A program made the position numbers and the translations under genes. Of a DNA stretch of 64,000 nucleotides, positions 51,440 through 64,000 are shown in pieces. The notes beneath the pieces were generated by a model that worked only from the letters and a program-made list of their open reading frames with translations, had not been told where the DNA came from and made no database searches. The stretch spans positions 2,294,001 through 2,358,000 of the forward strand of contig NC_087252.1 of the NCBI RefSeq assembly GCF_037042905.1. The letters are read 5' to 3'. Every line of letters begins with the position of its first letter. The stretch's first letter is position 1. This DNA comes from Lytechinus pictus. Taxonomy: Eukaryota.

Positions 51440-53687
51440 TAGCGATTCCTTCGATCGATTAGAATGATCACTTTTCACCTCCTTGGTGTGTCGCACAGTG
51501 ATCAGCCATACCGAAACCATCATATCGCCAAGGAAGATTCTCTGGAAAAAAAGAAGAGAGAAAAAAGTCATTTGTAATGTATAAAAAGCGAAATTTAGAA
51601 AATGAGCTTTTCAGTAGAAGTCAGAGGCGGTGGAACGTCAGGCTCATACACTTAAAGTTGAGGAGCACCTATCGTTTGGCAGACAAAATGTGCTCCTTCA
51701 CATTCCGGGCCCGATGGTCCGCTGCCTCTGGAAGAAGTAATTCTCGTTTTCCATACTGTCAAAATTTTGAAGTTGTAAAGTAAACTATAAAACAAACTAC
51801 AATAGTTTCTTTGTCACAAATTTTCTTTTTTGAGAACCACTTGGAAGTTTCACCAAGATTGTATAGCGTGCACCTCTCCTGCGACTCAAATCGTGATATT
51901 TATTTCTCCTTACCTCTTAAGCTCTCGCTAAGTTTCTTCTTCATTAATTGGGTTATTCATTGTTGATCAATTTTGATAAGTTACATATTTTCAAGCTTTG
52001 GATGGACTCTTTAAATGTCATTGGGTATTTTACACTGTTTATAGGACGCAGAAACCATGGGGATCACTAGTGTATCTACGGGGGGAGGGTGGCAGTTTGC
52101 CCCCCCCCCCTGCCGCGTCACAACCCATGCAAATAACGTATTCCTTCCACCCCCCCCCCCCCCCCCGACGAGCTTGAATACCTTTTTGCCCCCTCTGACG
52201 AGCTTAAAGACCTTTTTTTTTTTTGCTTGTCAAGTTTTTTGACGGACGGTTTTGCCCCCCCCCCCCCCCCGTGTAAAATCCTTGGTACGCTACTGCTGGG
52301 GATCGTTATATTAAATGACTTGTTTGGGCGTTTTATTACACAGTTACCATGGCTACAGTGCTTCTCAGCCTATCAAAATCGAGATAAGTTGCCAAATCTG
52401 ACCAAATGTCAGACGAAAATGTTGATGAAACGCACCCCTGATGAGAAAGCAAAATACTGCAAAAGGCTTCAAAACGACCAAATTGATCAACCAAATCAAG
52501 TATCCTTCCCTGCATGTGCTCTAAAAAAATATTGTGTAATAATGCGCCATGAGGGTAATTATGTTTCCAACCAACATTGGGCATTTTTATTTATCGATTG
52601 TGATGAAAATTTTGCCCATTCTAAAGCAATTGCTGCCTATTCTTTAACCTTACTGGACAATATGCTTCCCCATTGGGTAAAATACCGCCCCAAATTCGCT
52701 GGACACAATATTTTTACAGTGTGCGGTAATAATTTTCTTGGTTTTTGTATTTCGGTGGCGTTATATTCAGATAAAGCAGTGCAGGAAGTTGGGAAATACA
52801 ATATGTGTATACAGATTTCGGGGAGAAACAATGCATCTTGCTGTTAGCTGTGTTTTACAATGGGGGGAAAAAACACTTAATGATCAAGACTGCATACGAA
52901 AAATGTCTCCCTCTTGCGACAAATAAGCATGCAATCGATCTCATTCTTACAGGCGTTTCTGAAGAAAAAAAAAGTTCGGTATCCATGTGTATGATTCACT
53001 TGAAATTTGAATATGAATATTTTGTTTCATGCATGTATCTTGTTTTAATTTGTTTACATTCTGTTTGTTTTGTTTATAGTTTAGCCAGGTCTTCTCCGAA
53101 AGGTAATCTGCTTAGTCACGGTCTTCCCTTCTTGGGCTGGTAACAGGATGATGATGCGACCATCGGATGACCAACACTGTACATCTGTTCTGTGTTCTGT
53201 TTTCTTCAACTGTTTTTTTTTTCTTCAACAATGGTGGTACTCGATCCCTTCAGAAGTTTTCCTTTTTTGTAGAGCTTCGTTCCTTTTCCTTTACGAAGTT
53301 AATGTTACGATTGGGCTTGGTGGCAATGGATTATTCGTTGACTTGGACCCTGATCGATGTGGTATATCGATGTCTTTCATTATGTCAATCGGTACTCCTA
53401 GTTTAGACAGGCAAATGTCAGACACAACAGTATCGATATTTTCACCATTTATTTCATTTTCCCCTAGAATCCTAATACATACAGGAATATTGTGCTAAAA
53501 GGTTAACCGTTCGATAAAGCATTACGATTTTGGATTTTCGCGATGTGCTGATGTTTTGTTTAGATGCTAAATCTCTCTATTCTTGGAATCTATTTATATT
53601 GCAGATTGTAGAAGAAGCTCTGCATTTTCTCCAAGCGCCCAATTATATTTTTTATCAACAGCTCTACTGACAGCGGAATCAAGAATC

Positions 53688-54281
53688 TTAAAAGAGAATG
53701 AAACTCTCGGAGCAAGTTAGCTTTTGTGAAAGCAGAAAAATCAAAGAATAAGATCAACAAAAGTTTGAGTAAAATAGGACTAGCAATAGAAGGGTTATGA
53801 GCATTTGAATGTCGAGATCACTAATGCTATGGAGATCCTCCCATTGGCAATGCGACCAAGATCTATGATGTCACAGATGAACAACTCTCCCCTTTTGGAC
53901 ACTGAAAATATACCCCAAAACATCTCTTTTTGCTCATTCTAATCATATGACACACTATTCATCAATGATATAATGTTGTGAAACCTCTGTACTTGTCCTC
54001 TCATATAAAGAGAACACCTCACCTTGTGATAGACTCTATAAAAGTGAGAATATAAGTGAAATAAGTACTAAAGTAATGAGGGAGTTGTACGTGTGTGACA
54101 TCACAGATCTTGGTCGCATTGCCAATGGGAAGATCTACATGGCATTAGTGATCTCAATATTCAAATGCTCATAACTTTCTTATTATTCATTCAATCTTCC
54201 TCAAACTTTCAACAATATGTTTCTTTGATTTTTCTCTTTGATATGGATTCAGCTGGTTTCAAGGGTTTCATTCTCCTTTAA
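53688..54281. mobile_element. TTAA-flanked foldback MITE (same family as 50581-51174)
   Basis: Long inverted arms TGAGCATTTGAAT...CCCATTGGCAATGCGACCAAGATCT and its reverse complement. Confidence 0.7.
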
Positions 54282-57037
54282 GGCCTTGTCCCACTCTGGC
54301 AGACAGACACAAAACGTATTCATTAAGAACACAGCGGACGAGTAAAATTTCGGGATGGCTCCATTCGTTTTCAACTGCTTCAGAAATGGACAAAATAATT
54401 AGCCCCAAAAAAATGCAAAAAACATAACAGAAAAGAGCGGACGTGGGTAATGATTATATTTTAAATGATTATGTCTTTTAAATGGATGTTCATCTGAAAC
54501 CTAGCGGATGAAAATGGATAGAAGTGGATGACAGCTACGAAGGGGTTACCGGGGGTTTTGAATACTTTATTTACGAGATATAATATACACGCTTACATCC
54601 TCTCGATTTCCGTGCAACTAATTATGTATAGACGTTCCAAGTACCTTATCTTTCCTCCCTCTTTCAGTTGTCAGCTGCAGTGGATGTGAGTTGTAAGGAT
54701 GCCCAGAGTATGCAGAGAGGATACAACGGACGTTTAACGCATAATAACGGACATGGAACGTTTGTCGGTCGTGCGTGTTACGGATTTACTTCGTACACGG
54801 CGGAAAGTTCATCCGTTCTAAAAGTTTTGTGCAGCTCAAAACCCTTTGCGCGGATGAAATCACAGTGGACGGATACTCGATGGATAGAGCGTATGAACCA
54901 CGTATGCAATGTGTACACGACGGACGCATTGCGTTTTCTAACGGATGGCACGATATTTTTCTATTCTGCATTCTCTTTGCATCCGTAACCGTAAGTGCAG
55001 TGTCCGGGCCTTTAAGCAACTCTTCATCCCGTAGGAGTTCTTTAATTACTTGGCATGATACAGCTGCCGTTTGTCTCGTGTTCATCGAGCCTGAAGAGGG
55101 GGATGGTCCAGCCATTGTGAAGAATAACAAAGCCTAAGCTTAACAAGATGTTGGAATGCGGTTAAGTAGGCCTTTGCTCTCAACTAATATTGTTTAGAAC
55201 AAGAAATAGTGAATAATGGATATTACGAGCAGTATTCAAATTAAAATGTAGGAAAGTGCGATAAACTGGAAGTTTGTATAGACAACAAGAAGATTTCAGG
55301 GTCGCTGGAACATTACCGTATTATAAGCTTGGTACTCCCTTCACACACACAGAAGGTGTCAAATCAATATGATTTTCCCTGGCTTATACTCCAATGATAA
55401 ATTAAAATTGTTAAATTGTTTATTAAAGTCAATCTGATATAGGTGATACTCACAGTCTGTGTACTGTAAATCAAGTCCAAGACTCAGTCGAAAAAGAGGT
55501 AAACTTTCAACAAATTATTACCATTGAGGCTAATATTTATGATTATCAGTATAATTTATTTCATTTTTGTTCTATTTTATTTCATGTTTTTATTTATTTT
55601 ATTTCATTTAATTGATTTATTTTTTTTATTATTTTTTTCTTGGGGGGGGGGGGGGTTACTTCTATTAGGATTTGTTTATTATAGTAAAGCGGATAAGCCG
55701 AACAATTGTGCAAATTATGACTAAAGCATGAAACTTTCACAAGTATTAGTATATGCCGTAAGATTAATTTTAAAGATGGGAGGTAAATTAATAAATGCCA
55801 TTTTCGGGCGTTGCCATGGCAACGTATTGATTACCCAAAATGACATACATTCCCATGTAAATGGTAAATAAACATGATAAAGATGACCAAAATTATAATT
55901 TTCAGGCTCCCAATTGAATACATATAAAATTTAGAAATATTCAAGATCACCAAGATAGTTCAAATTGGTCCGTTGCCATGGCAACGGCTTGTTTTTCCCC
56001 AGAAAAATAAAAATGTTGCCTCATTTGAACAAAAAATACAGAAAGTGTTCTGCAGGAGTTCTTTATAAAGATAAAAAAATTATGTTGCCTTGGTAATGCT
56101 TGAATTAAATCTAAAAAGAAACAATTTTGGAAAGAGCCCGTTGCCATGGCAACAGCTTATTTCCCTCAGGGTCCAAGTCAACGAATAATCCATTGCCACC
56201 AAGCCCAATCTCTCTCTCTTAGGTGATCCCTCCACTGTTTTGGAGATTCTCAGAAACGAATATATCAATTCCAGTCCGATAAGTTAGGGATTCAACATCA
56301 GGTTGGAGCGGTGGTCATGAATTTTATGTAGAAAAAAGAGAGATTTGAGGAGCAGACTATTATTTACTTCGGAAGGGAGACCAGGTTGATGGGTTAATAG
56401 GGTAGCACTCGTAGCAATCGTAACATTAACTTCGTAAAGGAAAAGGAACGAAATTCTGCAAAAAAGGAAAACTTCTGAAGGGATCGAGTACCACCATCGT
56501 TGAAAATCAAAACTGGTACTAAATGATCCGTTGCTATGGCAACAGGCCATTTGGAACATTGATATTTATCGAATTCAAGTATTACCAAGGCAACATCAAT
56601 GTTTATCATTCTAATTGGTTCATGCAGACCACTCACTGTAATATATTCCTCTAAATGAATTATAAACAATATATTGAAAAATTGCTTTCAAATAAAATAT
56701 AAATAATTGTACATACTATTTCTTTTTAAAAACCAAGATTTCTCCATCGTCGGTTTCATTTTCATCTAATAAATCATGTTTTTAAAAATGACATCCGAAA
56801 GGATACCATGCTTTTTTACCTCTCTTTTCCAACTGAATCTTTGGAAGAAGGTAATGCTAATACCGAGCATTAGATTAAAAAAAAGTTACCTGTTTTATAT
56901 TTTTCATCAAGTGAGTGTACTTATTTTAATCTAATGCATAAAATAAAATAAAACAGAGGCAATGCGCCTGCGAAGAGATATCTATTACCAAATCAAATAT
57001 TTTATAAAATACATTTTCGTTTTTTCTTTCACCATAG

Positions 57038-57762
57038 AAATGGCCGAGATCATGTACAAGAACGCAGCATATGTGACCATCATCCGGCATCCCTCCACCC
57101 AGTTTGAAAGTATGTATGCCTACTATGGATTCCAACGTAACTTCAATGTGACCTTGAAAGGGTTTGCGGACAAACCACAGACATATTATAGAAGAGAGAT
57201 AACTGATCCACACCACACCGCACTCAACCCGACGCTGTATGACCTAGGAATGCACAAACAGGAAATGGCCGATGAGGGCGGTATTCGGAATAAAATTGCT
57301 ACTTTGGAGGATGATTTCGATTTAGTCCTAGTTGCAGAGTATCTTTTGGAATCCTTAGTCCTCTTGAGAGAGTTAATGTGTTGGGATTTGAGCGATATGA
57401 CCTACTTCTCATCCAGAGTAAGAACGAAATCAGAAGAGGACAAGATGTCCGAGAGAACGTTTGAACAACTTTACAAATGGAATCATGGTGATGCCCTTCT
57501 TTATGAACATTTTAACCGAACGCTGTGGACAAAAATAAAGGTGTATGGTCAGAAAAGGATGGAAATCGATGTGATGAAGTTAGAAAAAATGATCAAAGCA
57601 CTAAAAGACAAATGTCTGGATGGGACCACATTTTTTAAAAAGGTCACTCACTATGTTCTAAGAGAAAGTATGAGGGACAATGTCCAGTGCATTAGAATGA
57701 TTAGACCTGCTTTTAAATATCTACAAACACTCAGAGAGAAGCAAGGAATACCGATTGGTTAA
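57038..57762 (+). pseudogene. Orphan duplicate of the last sulfotransferase exon (same protein sequence as copy 2 exon 3)
   Basis: Same acceptor CCATAG and same translation. The duplication starts inside the upstream intron, so exons 1-2 were not copied. Confidence 0.8.
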
Positions 57763-58747
57763 AAGTTTGAAACTATATCGTTGCTTTACAAGAATGTTTG
57801 TTAGCCAGTTATCCATTTCTTTAACAGGGCTATAAATTCATGTTGTTTGTTAATTAATTTTGACCATTTTCTCTTTTATGATGGTTTACGTTTCTATTTA
57901 TTATTTTTTTTCACAAGGACCTTATGCATGTGACGTCATAATCTCAAAGCGCCCTCCTACAGAGGAAATGGGAATATGCGTGAATGTAGTTTTCAGAGAT
58001 GTGCCAGCTGCACATCACCAAGGCACGCAAGGCAACATCAGTGAAAATATCCTTTAAAATGGCGGCACGGTGATGCCGATGTATAAGGTCTATTCATAAT
58101 ACGCATATTCGCCCACACACACCCACCCACACACACGCACACACCAATATGTATTATGTATTATTGTGTCACGTTTGGGATAAGTCTTTACATGTGGTTG
58201 CTATGCGACCATTTGGAGCGTTTTGCTATTGTATTGTGTATTGATAATGACGCTCAATAAATATTGCAATAAATAAAAGCGTGAAAGGTAGCTGCAAACC
58301 TAAAACCTCTTACAAGTGTGACGTACAACATTTGGTAAATATACATTAAACAATCCATGAAAAATACAAGATCAACAACATTGAAGTCAAGGGATTAAAT
58401 ACATGTACTATGGTCTTGGTGTTAACAGCAATTCGTTAATTAATATTTTAAATTCCGACAGATCTGGGACAGATTTTATCTATAAAAAAAAACGATATTC
58501 CAAATATAAGCCCATCATAGCTTCATTAGAGTTAGAAGTACAAAATTTATGTACATATTGGTTATCGAACACCCTTGAAATAAGAGTAACCAATATGTCG
58601 AAGAAAACGGGATTGCTGTTATAATACATATATACACATTGAACTCTTCTGTAGTAAATCGAGGCTGCTCCGAATATCTATGAAGATTGTACATATATAT
58701 GAAGATTTGTGTATTTGCGTATTTGTGTTACATTCATTCATTATTCA

Positions 58748-61597
58748 TTAATAAAGGATGGGGTAAAACAGAAAAGAAAACGTTGGAGTGGTGCCCCATG
58801 CTATTAATATGATGAAACAAAACATCGGACTAGTAGGTGAAGACTCAGAGTAACTTGCGCACGGTATAGATGTCATTTCGAATTCATTTTGTGGGCTAGT
58901 TACACCTGAAGCAGGGGACCAGTTTTCACATAAGTCGTGTTCCATGTTGGACAACTTAACAAGCATCCTTCCACTGTAACTAGAAGGAGACATACAATGT
59001 ACTCTGTCGAAACCGGACCGCAAAAGCCAACTCTGAAGGTTTCTCAAATTGCAGTCCCAGGGGTTTGGATCAAGGTGGATCCTTTTGGACAGTAGAGGAA
59101 GCGCCGATGAATCCAAGTACACCAGGCGATTCCCACCAAGCCGGATCGTCAGGCTACTGCGAATGATGAAAGATGATTGTGCTATGAAGTTTATCTGGTT
59201 GTCCTGAAGATTGATTTCATCAGCAACATAACATGAAGTGAATGCATGCCGTGGCACGATGTCAATAGAATTATCCTGCAGATCAATAATCTGTATCCGT
59301 GGCAATTTTCCAAAAGGGTTTCCGGAAAGTGTGGAGATTCGGTTATGGCTTAGGTCAAGATTCCTAAGTAAAGGGGCGTCAATGATAGGCAGGATGTCTA
59401 GTGCATTGCAGCAAAGTTGAAGCGAGAATCCGAGGGATTTGAATTTAAAATGCCAAGACACACCAGGCTGCTGTTGAAACATTGTCACATTGTTCATTTC
59501 AACAGCCCAAGATACATTGCTGCAGTTTTGTATTTGTATATACTCCCTTCCTATCGCAGTTTGCGAGAGTGAGATTGTTTCGAGACTACCTATAATTCTC
59601 GAGGAAAGATATTTCAAGGGGTTTCCTTCAAGGTTTACTTTCACTAACCGCTTGCAGTTCTGAAAAGCATTCTCGTCTATAGAAACGATCATATTCCACC
59701 CAGCGTCTACCTCTCTTAACTCACACTCTGTCTGACAAAACGTGACGTCACTTCCGCAATTTGAATTTCCATGAAAATGCATGATGGAATTGTGGGAACA
59801 TCTGAACACGTGGGTTCTTGTAGGAAGAGATATATTACGCAGTCGGTTATAGTTGACTAAAAACTGATCCAATTTAATCCCAATCAAGTCTGGAGAAGCA
59901 ATGTTTGTTAATAGATTATGACTGAGGTCCAGTTTAATCAAACGCCGAACAGAACTGATGTTTAACTGATCCATAGATAGCAGTTGGTTGTTCTGTAAAA
60001 CGATTTTAGCTACATTATGAATCCTAATTGCTTCATCTGCTCGAAGTCCTATTACATTCGAACTGATGTTGAAAAACAAAGGATTATCTCGAAAATCTGT
60101 GTGTATAAACTCCACTATTTCAATTTCGTTGACCTGTAGCTCAAGACGTCGTAGTTTGTACCAGAAAGTGACGTCAGGGATTTTTGTGAGTTTCTTGTGA
60201 TGCAGTTTGAGGATAGAGAGATTTGGACAACCGACAAAGGCGCCAGGTACAATGAATGCTACTTGATTATCAGATATATCAAGGATCGTGAGATAATCCA
60301 ACTTGATTACCTCATCAACAGTACTGATGCGATTTCCAGACATGTAAAATACAGCTAACTCTTTATTTTCATTTATTGCGGTCCAGTTGACAGTAAAGAT
60401 ATTGTTATCGGATAGGCTTAGGTAATATAGACTTGAAATGTTCTTAAGAAACCTTGCGTTATCGATCTCATTTTCGTCTAGGTATAACTTCCTAACAGAA
60501 CCGCACCAATTGTCACTCATGTTCCCTTGAAGAACGAATTATGTGATACTGTTGTTTCGAAAGTCTATGACCCTAAGCTTTGGATACAAATAGGGGCTAA
60601 AGGTTATGACTCCAATCAGTTCAGAGTGTTTGACAGTAAGGCTCCTCAATTTGGGAAGTGCTGGGAGGTCACTAATGCTGCTTACCAAAGACTTTGAAAT
60701 GACTATAACCTCAATGAAGTGCACATCCATGAAGCCTATAATATCCTGTAAATGGCTAATTCCCATACCACTTATGTATAGATGATTTATTCTGCTGGAA
60801 GAGTTTTGGTTGATATGTGTCCCTTTCTCCAGATGTATCTGCAGTAGTGTGGTGCCCTGAGGCCAGTGTGAAATCTGCACAACGTGTATTGGGTTACCTG
60901 ATAGAAAAAGTTTCTGAAGCTTTGTTAAGTTCCGAAGATCAGGAAGGGTCCTGATACCATTGTCACGGAAGTCAATTAAAGTGATCAGATGAACCGACTG
61001 TATTTGGTGAATGTCAAAAACCCGAATATTTGATGATACGGCAGTAATGATGTTAACCGGAAGTGACAGGTTCAGGAATCCTACTATGAAGTTGTTTGAA
61101 AGGTTTATCAGGGATTCACGGTCGCCGGCAAAGCCAAATGTCTGTTGACTGTGGCAGTTCACCCTCTGAATAAAATTGAATGCAAGGTTGATGATGAGGA
61201 TTGGGGGAATAGTGGAAATATCGATCAGACAATTCTCATCAACGTGGAGAGTCGACAGTTTAGGAAGTCTATCGAAAGCTTGAGGCTGGATAGCCGAGAT
61301 GAAATTCGCTGTTAGGCGCAGGACAGCAAGGGCTGGTAATGGAAAGAAATCACCATCTTGTATATTGGTGATCAGGTTACGAGACAGGATGAGATTTTCT
61401 GTTGTCAAAGGAATACCTGCAGGAACAATCCTGAGATAACGGTTGCTGCATTCGACTTTGGTTTGCCCGACACAGCTACAGGTCTCCAGGCACAAAGAGT
61501 GGTTTAGCCAAGCCGACGAAGATGCAGTTGAAACAAGAAGGCACGCCAGAATTGCCACGTGATAGCCTTCATATATGCAGAAGTGCCAAGGTTCCAT
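58748..61597 (-). pseudogene. Second copy of the LRR gene with the same in-frame TAA (60541-60539)
   Basis: Translations are identical to those at 46027-48876. Confidence 0.85.
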
Positions 61598-64000
61598 TGC
61601 AAACTCAGTTCAAACATTCAAATTATAGAGTCACAAAATAGCTCGTAATTTCATTATCAAAATGATATCGAAATGTGCTTGCATAATTTGTTTCCACTCA
61701 CTTTATATCTAGTTTCAGCTCGGTACGTCAAAGTCATAACCTGATCCATATTGTGTGTGTGTGTGTGTTTTATGGTTGAACACTATTGGGCGAAGCTAGC
61801 ATAGTACATCTGATTTGTAGCTTATACACGGAATATCCACCGATGGAATATTAAATGAATAAACTGTCAAAATGACAAGAAATGTAATTACCTTCTCCTA
61901 AAAAAAAATCGGGAGAGATAATACAAATATTTTGTAGTCTGATTTTGTTGATTGCTTTCTTTATACCAATCAATTATGACTCTTTACTTGGATGTTGAAA
62001 CATAAAAGCAATTTGCTTATGTGCCTTATCTTTGGTAAGGTCTATACTTCAGAGGATGGTTGTGCCATTGTTTTCATGATTTGAACTGAATTAGACTAGT
62101 TGCACTTACAACTGACTCAGGCACTTTAAAAGCACTTTGATAAATTTATGCTCGTTTACTCTATTACAAGACAAGAGAAATAGGAAATATCATAATCATC
62201 ATTATCTATGCTAATATAGAGATAATCAATGTTCTTATAATGAATGTTTATATCATTATTATTATCTTTATCATGACTTATTCTTTTCTTATGACTGTCA
62301 TCACTTTTTCATCATATTGAAATATTATCCCAATATGTTTTTCAAAGAGGTGGAGCTTCTAATCTGTTCTAAATCATGACGAGGTTTGGTACCATTTTCA
62401 ACATGATTTTCTTCCTTTTCATAATATCACATTTGATTAACAAAAACGATTCATGCAGAATTTGGAGATAATCTGATGGTGTTTTCTTCATTTCAATAGA
62501 CAGTCCATGTCGATTTGTAACTTCTTGTATTTAGCATGGTCGTAGGGGCCACTGGCGGATCCGGGGGGCACAGCCGGCCCGTGCCCCCCCCCCCTCCCCT
62601 TGAGAAGCAAAATTAAAATTTATAATGTAAAAATACCGTTAAAACTGAGGAGTGCCCCCCTTTTGAAAATGAAGACCTTTTTTCCCATGTCATTTTATTC
62701 GGGGACGAAATATCCTTAAATTTTGGTTAAAAACCTTCCTTTTTTTGGTTTAAGGGGGGGGGGGGCTTGTCAAATTTTCCTAGGAAAAATGTGCCCAACT
62801 TTTGGAAAATCCTGGATCCAACCATGGACCTATTTCAAATAGGAAAAGTAGTAGGTCCATGATCCAACCCTGATAGCGGCTTACCTTGTGTCGGTTGAAT
62901 ATGTAAAGCGGAATTTAATTTGATTACAACTGGAATGATTTTATCAAAAAATATAAGCCTCTACTGCGATGTCGCTCTTTTCTGTGCAGCCCCAATTAAC
63001 ATTTTGATGAGACTTGTCAGGGATATACCATTTTTCACTTGGTCGGAGACAGGTCTAATCCTCGTGGATATGAGCTTACTCTAAATCTTTCCCCAGGTCA
63101 GTCAAAAGAACGCAGTGACCCTTTTTGGCAGAAAATAGCCTCTTTTAACCCTTTTAAACGCATAATTTGTCAATGAATTTCATTAAACATTATCCTGAAG
63201 GAAATCAACTTTGCCAAGAATTCTGAGTGAAAACCACTGGCTAAGCTGCTAACTCATTCACGATTCCTTTCATTTATGACAGAAAGTGATGACAATAACA
63301 ACTTAAAAAGGAAAATGAAACCTTTGGATCAAGATAGCTTGTGGGAAAACAGAAAACAGAAAAAATCAAATCAACGAAAGTTTGAAAAAAAATCTAACAA
63401 ATAATGATAAAGTTATGAGCATTTGAATACTGCGATTACTAATGCTATGAAGATCATCCAATTGGCAATGCGACAAAGATGTGTGATGTCACTTGTTAAC
63501 AACTTTCCCAGTACTTTTGTATATATTTCACTTAAACTGCCTCTTTTATCACATCTATCAGTAGATCATGCATTCTTTCTATAGGAGGGCATGTAATACA
63601 ATTTTCGAAGAAAACATTATGGATAAAGAGTTTGTATCACCATGAGAAAGAACTAAAAGATACATTTTGTGGGTATTTTATAGTCCATTAAAGAGAAAGT
63701 TGTTCACATGTGACATCATACATCATTGTCGCATTGCCATTGGGAGGATCTCTATAGCATTAGTGATCGCAATATTCAAATGCTCATAACTTTCTGATTA
63801 TTTGTCTGATTTTTCTCAAATTTTCTTTGTTCTTATTCTTTGATCTTTCTCTTTCAAAACAAGTCCACATGTTCCAAGGGTTTCATTCCCCTTTAATGAT
63901 TGGCTAATTATTCATCACGATATCTACATCGTCATGATAAAGGATACACTCTAAGAACACTGAGTAAAATGTTTTACCCAATTTTGGGCAGAAAGGGAAC

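Larger units (their letters stand above)
56658..64000 (+). repeat. Segmental duplication, copy B
   Basis: See copy A. Confidence 0.97.

Noticed and set aside
52227-55137. Several 100-200-aa ORFs
   Set aside because: They overlap MITEs and poly-C/G repeats, with no recognisable motifs or consistent splice structure.

Overview
This is AT-rich, intron-containing animal genomic DNA. The repeat landscape suggests a marine invertebrate deuterostome such as a sea urchin (inference only). From left to right the window holds: (1) the 3' part of an intact Gypsy-type LTR retrotransposon with the Gmr1-like integrase-RT-RNaseH order, plus its PPT and 3' LTR; (2) a seven-exon gene with only phase-1 introns that appears to encode tandem death-fold-like modules; (3) decayed LINEs, tRNA-derived SINEs and many MITE/foldback DNA elements, including a 3.7-kb TAG...CTA element with a 3-bp TSD; (4) a tandem cluster of galactose-3-O-sulfotransferase-like genes; (5) an intronless ~950-codon LRR gene split by one in-frame TAA; and (6) a near-identical duplication of at least 7.3 kb. 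The most notable feature is a 4,999-bp almost fully palindromic element at 35368-40366. It has Polinton/Maverick hallmarks (AGTAGT...ACTACT ends, 6-bp TSD TTTATT, 148-bp perfect TIR) but no core replication genes. It carries two divergent copies of one C2H2-finger ORF around a 10-bp variant minisatellite, and it has inserted into the signal-anchor exon of the second sulfotransferase gene.
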